From Fibrobacterota bacterium (lineage in GTDB: Bacteria; Fibrobacterota; Fibrobacteria; UBA11236): a stretch of DNA of 14,790 bases. Location of the stretch: positions 1-14,790 of the forward strand of contig JAYUVP010000312.1 in the NCBI GenBank assembly GCA_043753995.1. Direction: 5' to 3'. The notes under the pieces are model-generated. The model did not search any database, had not been told where the DNA came from, and worked only from the letters and a program-made list of their open reading frames with translations. Positions 6,077-13,291 of the stretch are shown here, in pieces. Numbering within the stretch: position 1 is the stretch's first letter; each line of letters starts with the position of its first letter. A program made the position numbers and the translations under genes.

Positions 6077-8839
6077 TTATTTCTTCTTGGCAACCTTTTT
6101 CACAGCTGGCTTTTTACCGGCTTTGGCCTTCGCTTTAGGCGCGGCTTTTCCGGCCTTTGCTACAGCCTTGGCCGCCTTTTTTTCCTCGATGGCAGCTTGT
6201 GCTGCGGCCAAGCGGGCAATAGGCACGCGATAAGGCGAGCAGGACACATAATTCAAGCCCACGCTATGGCAGAACTTCACGGAAGCAGGCTCACCGCCAT
6301 GCTCGCCGCAAATGCCGACCTTGAGCTTGGAATTGGCTCCACGGCCACGTTCGACGCCATACTTGACCAATTGGCCGACGCCAGCTTGATCGAGAACCTG
6401 GAATGGATCTTCTGGCAAGATCTTCTGGTCGACATAGGTCGGCAAGAAAACGCCGCTATCGTCGCGGCTATAGCCAAAAGTCATCTGGGTCAAATCATTG
6501 GTGCCGAAGCTGAAGAAGTCTGCTTCGAGGGCCAATTGATCGGCCAAGAGAGCGGCGCGAGGAATTTCGATCATGGTTCCGATCAAGTATTCCATTTTCT
6601 TGCCACTCTTCTTGAGGACGCTGGCAATTACAGTCTTGGCATTTTCCTTGAGAATGGTCAATTCCTTAATGGTTCCCACGAGGGGAATCATGATTTCAGG
6701 AATGACTTTCACGCCCTTCTTGCCAACATTCACGGCAGCCTCAATAATGGCTTGCACCTGCATGTCGTAAATCTCGGGATAAGTAATGCCTAAGCGGCAG
6801 CCGCGATGGCCAAGCATGGGATTGAGCTCATGCAGGGAAGACACCTTGGCGGCCACTTCTTCGCTGGAAATGTCCATGGCATGCGCCATTTCTTTTTGCT
6901 CAGCTTCGGTGTGGGGAAGGAATTCATGCAAGGGGGGATCGAGCAAGCGCACGGTCACCGGATAGCCCTTCATGGTGGTGAAGAGACCTTCGAAGTCTTC
7001 GCGCTGAATGGGGAGCAACTTGGCCAAAGCGGCTTTGCGGCCATTCAAATCCTTAGCGAGAATCATTTCGCGGAAATAAGTCAGGCGATTGCCTTCGAAG
7101 AACATGTGCTCGGTACGGCAAAGGCCGATACCGGTAGCGCCGAACTTCACCGCGACAGCCGCGTCCTTGGGAACGTCGGCATTCGCGCGCACGCCCAAGG
7201 TCTTGAGTTCATCGACCCATTTCATGAAGGTGCCGAATTCGCCGGTGAGGGAAGCCTCGACGGTGTCGACCTTGCCGAGCATCACTTCGCCGGTGCTGCC
7301 ATTGATGGAAATCCAGTCGCCTTCACCGAGGGTGAGGCTACCGACCTTGACGCGCTTGGCGTCGGCATCGATTTGCAGGCTGGAACAACCGGCCACGCAG
7401 GTTTTGCCCATGCCACGCGCCACCACGGCAGCGTGCGAGGTCATGCCACCGCGACCGGTGAGAATGCCTTGGGCCGAAATCATGCCTTCGATGTCTTCCG
7501 GCGAGGTTTCTTGGCGAACCAAGATGGTCTTCTTGCCTTCGCTATTCCAATGCACGGCGTCACGAGCGGTGAACACCACTTGGCCGGTAGCGGCACCGGG
7601 TGAGGCGGGCAAACCGGTGGCGAACACTTCTTTCGTGGCCTTCGGATCAAAGCTGGGATGCAGCAATTGATTGAGCGAATTGGGCTCGACGCGCATGATG
7701 GCCTCTTCTTTCGAAATGAGGCCTTCCTTCACCATTTCCACGGCAGTGCGGACGGCGGCAGCGGCGGTGCGCTTGCCATTGCGGGTTTGCAGCATGAAGA
7801 GGCGATTGTGTTCGATGGTGAACTCAATGTCCTGCATGTCACGATAATGCTTTTCGAGCTTGTCGAAAATCGCCGTCAGCTCTTTATAAGCCTTGGGCAT
7901 GACTTCTTCGAGAGCCACTTCGTCTTTGGACTTCTTGGCTTTTTTCGAAATGGGCTGGGGCGTGCGTATGCCAGCCACCACATCTTCGCCTTGGGCATTG
8001 ATGAGGTATTCGCCGTAATACAAGCGTTCGCCAGTCGAAGGATTGCGGGTAAAGGCCACGCCTGTAGCGCAATCTTCACCGGCATTGCCGAAAACCATGG
8101 CTTGCACGCTGACGGCCGTTCCCCATTCTTCGGGAATGCGATACGTCTTGCGATAAACAATGGCGCGATCGCTCATCCACGAGGAAAAGACGGCACCGAT
8201 GGCGCCCCAGAGTTGGTCTTGGGGATTTTCGGGGAAGGGCTTGCCTGTGGCCTTCAAGGTGATTTGCTTGAAGGTATGCACCAGAGCCTTGAGCTGTTCC
8301 GCCGTGAGGCCGGTGTCTTCGCTGACGCCAGCATGGTGCTTGGCCTCTTCGAGAGCTTTCTCAAAATGATCGGTGTGGACATTGAGCACGACGTCGCTGT
8401 ACATCATGACGAAGCGGCGATAGCTGTCATAGGCGAAACGGGCATCGCCCGAAACCTTGACGAGGCCGCCAATGGTCTTGTCATTGAGGCCGAGATTGAG
8501 CACGGTGTCCATCATGCCGGGCATGGAGACGCGGGCGCCCGAACGCACCGACAAAAGCAAAGGGTTCTTGGGATCGTTGAAACCCTTGCCCAATTCCTTT
8601 TCGATTTGGGCCAGCTTTTCGAGGACTTGCTCCTTCATCACGGAGGGGTATTTGCGGCCATTGGCGTAATAAGCCGTGCAAACTTCCGTGGTGATGGTGA
8701 AGCCCGGAGGCACCGGCAAGCCAGCCTTGGCCATGTCCGCGAGATTGGCACCTTTGCCACCTAGCAAGTTCTTTTGGCTCGCATCCCCTTCGGTTTTGCC
8801 TTTTCCGAAGTAATAGACGTATTTCTCGGCTTTCGCCAT
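6077..8839 (-). CDS. ppdK: Pyruvate, phosphate dikinase (920 aa) with a Lys/Ala-rich C-terminal tail
   Basis: LLGGKGANLA, SVRSGARVSMPGMMDTVLNLG, GGMTSHAAVVARG (phospho-His), GIGLCRTEHMFF, NPMLGHRGCRLG, FSFGTNDLTQM, ICGEHGG, SCSPYRVPIARLAAAQ. Start ATG 8839 with AAGGAG SD 7 nt upstream. Confidence 0.98.
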   Translation of the reverse strand: MAKAEKYVYYFGKGKTEGDASQKNLLGGKGANLADMAKAGLPVPPGFTITTEVCTAYYANGRKYPSVMKEQVLEKLAQIEKELGKGFNDPKNPLLLSVRSGARVSMPGMMDTVLNLGLNDKTIGGLVKVSGDARFAYDSYRRFVMMYSDVVLNVHTDHFEKALEEAKHHAGVSEDTGLTAEQLKALVHTFKQITLKATGKPFPENPQDQLWGAIGAVFSSWMSDRAIVYRKTYRIPEEWGTAVSVQAMVFGNAGEDCATGVAFTRNPSTGERLYYGEYLINAQGEDVVAGIRTPQPISKKAKKSKDEVALEEVMPKAYKELTAIFDKLEKHYRDMQDIEFTIEHNRLFMLQTRNGKRTAAAAVRTAVEMVKEGLISKEEAIMRVEPNSLNQLLHPSFDPKATKEVFATGLPASPGAATGQVVFTARDAVHWNSEGKKTILVRQETSPEDIEGMISAQGILTGRGGMTSHAAVVARGMGKTCVAGCSSLQIDADAKRVKVGSLTLGEGDWISINGSTGEVMLGKVDTVEASLTGEFGTFMKWVDELKTLGVRANADVPKDAAVAVKFGATGIGLCRTEHMFFEGNRLTYFREMILAKDLNGRKAALAKLLPIQREDFEGLFTTMKGYPVTVRLLDPPLHEFLPHTEAEQKEMAHAMDISSEEVAAKVSSLHELNPMLGHRGCRLGITYPEIYDMQVQAIIEAAVNVGKKGVKVIPEIMIPLVGTIKELTILKENAKTVIASVLKKSGKKMEYLIGTMIEIPRAALLADQLALEADFFSFGTNDLTQMTFGYSRDDSGVFLPTYVDQKILPEDPFQVLDQAGVGQLVKYGVERGRGANSKLKVGICGEHGGEPASVKFCHSVGLNYVSCSPYRVPIARLAAAQAAIEEKKAAKAVAKAGKAAPKAKAKAGKKPAVKKVAKKK

Positions 8840-8915
8840 AAACAAGCTCCTTGTTCCCAATTCGATCTTTTGCGATCAGCTGATGGTTTTTTGTGTTTAA
8901 AAATGGGAGACGCGA

Positions 8916-8926
8916 AATCTAACAAG
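8916..8926 (-). promoter_or_regulatory. Extended -10 element CTTGTTAGATT upstream of ppdK
   Basis: Matches the CTTGnTAnnnT motif seen before three other genes, about 77 nt upstream of the ATG. Confidence 0.5.
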
Positions 8927-8956
8927 GCCGCGCGGGGACGTAATGGGAATGGGCCT

Positions 8957-8980
8957 GAAATCCGGCCCTTGAGGGCCGAA
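8957..8980 (-). terminator. Weak hairpin/terminator after the hemerythrin-domain gene
   Basis: Minus strand TTCGGCCCT-CA-AGGGCCGGA followed by only TTTC. Confidence 0.35.
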
Positions 8981-9004
8981 GTGTACTGACTAATCGTAAA
9001 GATC

Positions 9005-9838
9005 TTAGACGGGTCTAAGGCGTATCACGCCCGAATCGAGGGGACCGCGAATTTGTCGCCCGGTCACCTTGCCGCCGATGGAAAGGTTGAACAGGGTGCG
9101 TTCCAGTTCTAGACCCAATGGAAAAAGAATTTCCGTTTCGAGATGGGTGTGAGCGCGGAGCCGAGACAGGAAATGCATCATCAAGGCGTGCAAGTTGCTG
9201 CTTTCCGGTGTTGGCAAGGCCAATTCTTCGGCCAAGGTACCGGCGCGATCCACCATTTCCGCCAAGGATGTTTCAGTTCGATGAACCAAGCGCGGACTTC
9301 GGGTGGCGACGAAGATTTGCACGGATCCCGCATTGAAATCGGGATGCACGCTCGAATCCTTTAGGCTGGCTTCACATCGCAAAATACGAGGGAAAATGAA
9401 GGTCTCTTCTTCTTCCATGTGGCGGTGATAATCTTGGCAAAAGGCCTGGAAATCGCCTTGCAAGGCGCGCAAAGCGCCAGAGTTGGCCGAATCGGTCAAG
9501 AGCAACATGTCGAACAGGTAATTGATGTCCGGAATGTCATTGAGCAGGAATTCTCGATGACCTTGGGTGACATAATCGATAAGGTGATAGGCTTGCAGCT
9601 CTTCCCAGCGTGAATCCGAAGCCGGAATGGTGACTGAGGAAAGTTCGTCCAGAAAGTCTTCTAAGGAACCCTCGCGCTTGCCTTGAAAGAGGTGGGAAAG
9701 GGGGCGATCCATGACATCCCAAGGACGAAGGGTACGCCGAGCCATTAATTCCAAGGCTATAGGGCGCACGCGCAATAAATCCCGGGTCAGGGTGTCCGAG
9801 GACAACAGATTTTTTAGGGCAATGGGTGTCGTCGACAT
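9005..9838 (-). CDS. Hemerythrin-domain di-iron protein, RIC/YtfE/ScdA-like (repair of iron centres), divergent
   Basis: LIDYVTQGHREFLLNDIP, HMEEEETFIFPRI and HTHLETEILFP match the RIC helix motifs (HMxKEExxLFP, HIHLENNxLFP). The N-terminal ~70 aa sits in the ScdA_N position but lacks the CCG motif. Confidence 0.8.
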   Translation of the reverse strand: MSTTPIALKNLLSSDTLTRDLLRVRPIALELMARRTLRPWDVMDRPLSHLFQGKREGSLEDFLDELSSVTIPASDSRWEELQAYHLIDYVTQGHREFLLNDIPDINYLFDMLLLTDSANSGALRALQGDFQAFCQDYHRHMEEEETFIFPRILRCEASLKDSSVHPDFNAGSVQIFVATRSPRLVHRTETSLAEMVDRAGTLAEELALPTPESSNLHALMMHFLSRLRAHTHLETEILFPLGLELERTLFNLSIGGKVTGRQIRGPLDSGVIRLRPV

Positions 9839-9956
9839 CAGGGTTCTTCCCAGGTCAGGGTTAGAGAATCCTCAAACTGGTGAATTCCTAAGGTATACCG
9901 TTTCGAGCAATTGCGCTAGTCGGTTGACAAAAAAACCGGCAGTATTGATGAGATTC

Positions 9957-11102
9957 TCAAACAACCCCAAAGCCCAGATCACGCAGGATTTTTTGCGCAT
10001 GCTCCGAGGCGTTTTGCCATTCCGTCACGCGAAAGCGCGTGAATTCATGACGAATGGGATAATCACGCCGCAATCGATCGAAAGCCGCGGCGGGATCGGC
10101 CTCGTTCAAAGCCATTCGCAGTCGCATGTCCTCCTCCCGTAGGGAATAGGCATGGGTCACGGCTTGGCGAACGGCGGCCCAGGGTGGGTTGGCCGCATTC
10201 CCAGAGGATAGGGCAATGACCGGACTTGTCGGAGCGGGTTCGGGAAGTTGGGCCGGGGCAGGAAAAGCAAAGTGCTGGCAAAAAGCAGCGAGCACTTGCT
10301 GGGTGCCGCCGAGTTTTCCTTGCAGGGAATAGCCGGCCACATGGGGCGAAATGAAATCGCAATTGCGCCATAAGTCGGGATTCGGTTTGGGCTCACCGGG
10401 AAAGACGTCGAGTATCAAATGGCGCAAGAGTCCGGATTTTAGTCCCTCAAGCAGGGCCGCTTCTTCGGTGACTTCGCCACGGCAGGTATTGAATAAAGTG
10501 ATGGGTCCGGGCAATTGCGCCAGGGTGGCGGTATTGAAAAGCCCCAGAGTGGCATGTGGCCCTTTTTTCACCAGGGGAACATGCAGGCTAATCACATTGC
10601 ATTGCTCCAGAAGCGTGGACAGGGTATGAATGGTTTCAGGAAATCCTAATTCCTGCAGGGGTGGGTCACAAAGCCAAACCTTGAGGCCAAGGGCTTCGGC
10701 CTTTTGGCGAAGGCGGCGGCCCACATTGCCATAGCCCACAATGCCGAGCCGGACTTGCTCCAGGGCTAGGCCTTTCTCTGCCTGCAATTCGAGCAAGGCG
10801 GCGACGATATATTCGGCCACGCTATTGGCATTGCATCCCGGAGCGGAAGCGAAGCCGATGCCTTGGTTTTTCAGCCAATCGAGATCCACATGATCAGTGC
10901 CTATGGTGGCCGTGCCCACGAAGTTGATGCGGGAGCCCTTCAGCAAATCGGCATTGACCTTGGTGATGGAGCGCACAATCAGCGCTTGGGCGTCCTGCAA
11001 GTCGGCGGGCCCCAGTTTGCGCCCGGCAAACCTTTGCACATCGCCATAGGGAGCGAAGGCGGTGTCGCCTTGCGGAATATTTTCATCGACGAGAATTCGC
11101 AT
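9957..11102 (-). CDS. pdxB: Erythronate-4-phosphate dehydrogenase (381 aa)
   Basis: MRILVDENIP, VRSITKVN, FVGTATIGTDHVD, APGCNANSVAEY, GIVGYGNVG, SLHVPL, PHVAGYSLQGK, C-terminal FDRLRRDYPIRHEF. Start reassigned to ATG 11102. Confidence 0.93.
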   Translation of the reverse strand: MRILVDENIPQGDTAFAPYGDVQRFAGRKLGPADLQDAQALIVRSITKVNADLLKGSRINFVGTATIGTDHVDLDWLKNQGIGFASAPGCNANSVAEYIVAALLELQAEKGLALEQVRLGIVGYGNVGRRLRQKAEALGLKVWLCDPPLQELGFPETIHTLSTLLEQCNVISLHVPLVKKGPHATLGLFNTATLAQLPGPITLFNTCRGEVTEEAALLEGLKSGLLRHLILDVFPGEPKPNPDLWRNCDFISPHVAGYSLQGKLGGTQQVLAAFCQHFAFPAPAQLPEPAPTSPVIALSSGNAANPPWAAVRQAVTHAYSLREEDMRLRMALNEADPAAAFDRLRRDYPIRHEFTRFRVTEWQNASEHAQKILRDLGFGVV

Positions 11103-11152
11103 ACTGTGAGCGACAAAATAGCAAGCGCCAAGGCTTGGTATTATTGATCCAT
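11103..11152. promoter_or_regulatory. 50-bp bidirectional promoter between pdxB and cysE
   Basis: Minus strand GCTTGCTATTTT (11126-11115) and plus strand GCTTGGTATTAT (11133-11144) sit back-to-back as an inverted repeat. Neither gene has an SD. Confidence 0.65.
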
Positions 11153-12094
11153 ATGAAAGCAAGCGCAGCAATGCCCGACCCGGACTGGGAGGGTTTGGCA
11201 GGAGAATTGACCTCGGCCATTCGAAGTGACCATTTGGCGAATGTATGGGAAGGCTGCCGCATGCCTGGGCATCGCGCCATCGCGGCCTTGCACGATCAAT
11301 TGCTTTCGGTGGTTTTCCCGGGAGTTTTCGGCGGCGAAGCAGTGGGCGAAGCCGATTTGCAGCCTCATTTGGCAGCGACGCTCCAGGAATTGTCTCTAAC
11401 CTTGAAGCGTGTCATTGCTCTCGCCTTTGATTTTACGGCGCGTCGGGGAGGCAGAATCTCTTCGACCGCGCCAGTGGGTGTTCAGCCTTGCAGCGCCTAT
11501 GAGGAGCAGGCTGAAGGCATTGCCCATCGGGTTTTACGCACCTTGCCTTCCTTGAGGCAGGTGCTTGGCGAGGATTTGCAGGCAGCTTATGAAGGCGATC
11601 CGGCGGCCACTTCGGTAGGCGAAGTTTTGCTGAGCTATCCCTGCGTGCAGGCCATCGCCACCCAACGCATTGCCCATTTGCTTTACCTGGAACGCGTGCC
11701 GCTTTTGCCGCGCATGCTAAGCGAGGTGGCGCATTCGCGAACCGGCATCGATATTCATCCCGGAGCCACCATTGGTCCCGGATTTTTCATCGATCATGGT
11801 ACGGGCGTGGTCATCGGAGAGACTGCGGTTTTGGGACGTCATGTTAAGCTCTATCAGGGCGTGACTCTGGGCGCGCGCAGCTTTGCCAAGGATGAAGCCG
11901 GCAATCCCATCAAGGGCACCAAGCGGCACCCCAATATCGAAGACAATGTGACCATTTATGCGGGGGCGACGGTGCTCGGTGGCGAAACCACCATTGGACG
12001 CAATAGCGTGATAGGCGGCAATTGCTGGGTGACTAGCTCGGTGCCTGCCGATACCGTGGTGATGCCCGAGCGCGGCAAGTTGAGGCATCTCTAG
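11153..12094 (+). CDS. cysE: Serine O-acetyltransferase (long EpsC/SrpH-type CysE)
   Basis: AYEGDPAA, LLSYP, RIAHLLY, HSRTGIDIHPGATIG, FFIDHGTGVVIGET, YQGVTLGA, KRHPNIED, IGGNCWV. Start probably ATG 11153 (alternative 11171). Confidence 0.92.
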   Translation: MKASAAMPDPDWEGLAGELTSAIRSDHLANVWEGCRMPGHRAIAALHDQLLSVVFPGVFGGEAVGEADLQPHLAATLQELSLTLKRVIALAFDFTARRGGRISSTAPVGVQPCSAYEEQAEGIAHRVLRTLPSLRQVLGEDLQAAYEGDPAATSVGEVLLSYPCVQAIATQRIAHLLYLERVPLLPRMLSEVAHSRTGIDIHPGATIGPGFFIDHGTGVVIGETAVLGRHVKLYQGVTLGARSFAKDEAGNPIKGTKRHPNIEDNVTIYAGATVLGGETTIGRNSVIGGNCWVTSSVPADTVVMPERGKLRHL

Positions 12095-12157
12095 CCCGGG
12101 GGGCATGGAGGCGCCCCGGATTGTCGATAGAATCGAGATTCTGCTTCGGCGGGGCGC

Positions 12158-12163
12158 TATAAT
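12158..12163 (+). promoter_or_regulatory. Consensus -10 box TATAAT 6 nt upstream of the GTG start (leaderless configuration)
   Basis: GCGC-TATAAT-CGCGAA-GTG, with no SD and no clear -35. Confidence 0.6.
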
Positions 12164-12169
12164 CGCGAA

Positions 12170-13291
12170 GTGACTTCTTCAGACTTATCCTCCCTGCATG
12201 TGATGATGCTGGGCCCGTCGGCTTTGACGCCTTGCGGCATTGCCGATTATGTCGGTCGTTTAGCACCGGCCTTGGCCTCGCGCTGCCGACTCGAAGTTCT
12301 TTCCTATGCGGACGGTTGGGAGAGAGCGAAATTAGCGCAGGACAGCAAGAAAAATCGCATTGGGGAAAGAAATCCTGACGTGTTTTTGCTGCATTATGAG
12401 CGCATGCGTGTGCCGGGGCCGACCTTTATGCGCGACATGGCCAAGTGGGTAGGAGACCGGCTTTATGTGGTGCCCCATGAAGTGTATTCCGAGGATCCCT
12501 TTGCTTTTCCCGAGTCGCAATTGGGAGCCCCTTGGCCCCTGATTTATTTGCAGCGGGCACTTTATCGCTGGCGGCATCGCTCCTGGGTTTCGGAATTGGC
12601 TTTGCAAAGGCGCGGCTATGGTGCCAGGGCGGTTTTTCCTTTGAACCGGGTCGCAGCCGAGATCTTGCGCCGCCGTAACGCGCGCGTGACCCTGGAAGTG
12701 ATTCCCCTGGCAAGAGGGAAGGCCGAGGCCGCGGTTTTACAACGTCCAGGGTTGCGGCCGCCAGGGATGAAGTGGCTATGGGCGGTGGCAGGGTTTCTCA
12801 CTCCCGGCAATGATTATGAGGCTTTGTTCGCGGCCTTGCGCGAACTTCCCGATCAGGGTTTGCTGCTCGCCGGGGGATTGCGGCCCGATGGGCCACAAGA
12901 CATTGCCGAGGAATTGCGGTCGCAGGCGGAAGCCATGGGTGTGGGCGACCGCGTAATCATCACCGGTTATGTGGCAGAGGCGGATTTGCCTGGCACCTTG
13001 GCGGCCGCCGATGGTTTTCTTTGTCCCTTTAAATTCCGGAGCGCGAGTGCCTCGATATTGCAAGCCCTGGCCTGCGCGCGCCCGGTGCTGGCGGCGGATT
13101 TGCCCATGACACGGGAAATGTTAGAAGAGGGCGCGCCTTTAATCCTAATCGAAAAGGGAAGGTGGCGCGAGGTCATGGCGGAGGTGGCAGAGGGGCTCCG
13201 AGTCGCGCCTAAAGACCAATATCGGTGGACCGTCGAAACGGTGGCGGAAGCCTATTTGAAAGCCATTCAGGCGAGCGCTGAAAATCAATAA
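12170..13291 (+). CDS. Glycosyltransferase, GT-B fold, GT4-like
   Basis: PCGIADYVGRL, LHYE, VPHE, AGFLTPG, LLLAGG, VIITGYV, ADGFLCPF, SASILQALACARPVLAAD. Confidence 0.85.
   Translation: MTSSDLSSLHVMMLGPSALTPCGIADYVGRLAPALASRCRLEVLSYADGWERAKLAQDSKKNRIGERNPDVFLLHYERMRVPGPTFMRDMAKWVGDRLYVVPHEVYSEDPFAFPESQLGAPWPLIYLQRALYRWRHRSWVSELALQRRGYGARAVFPLNRVAAEILRRRNARVTLEVIPLARGKAEAAVLQRPGLRPPGMKWLWAVAGFLTPGNDYEALFAALRELPDQGLLLAGGLRPDGPQDIAEELRSQAEAMGVGDRVIITGYVAEADLPGTLAAADGFLCPFKFRSASASILQALACARPVLAADLPMTREMLEEGAPLILIEKGRWREVMAEVAEGLRVAPKDQYRWTVETVAEAYLKAIQASAENQ

Noticed and set aside
6197..8764. Long antisense ORFs (198, 265 and 368 aa) opposite ppdK
   Set aside because: Shadow ORFs expected from the codon bias of a conserved GC-rich gene; no recognisable motifs or translation signals.
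9919..9960. TTGACA (9923-9928), a short inverted repeat, and TTGATGAGATTCTCAA between the ric-like gene and pdxB, as a possible promoter or FNR/NsrR/Fur site
   Set aside because: TTGACA points antisense into pdxB without a properly spaced -10, and the palindrome spacing fits none of these consensus sites.
9711..10142. 143-aa plus-strand ORF spanning the ric-like/pdxB junction
   Set aside because: Overlaps two well-supported minus-strand genes, lacks motifs and has atypical composition.
11103..11171. Apparent head-to-head overlap of the pdxB and cysE ORFs in the ORF track
   Set aside because: An artefact of longest-ORF TTG starts; homology-based starts (11102 and 11153) leave a 50-bp gap.
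12096..12119. GC hairpin after cysE as a terminator
   Set aside because: No U-tract and an imperfect stem; at most a 3' stabiliser.
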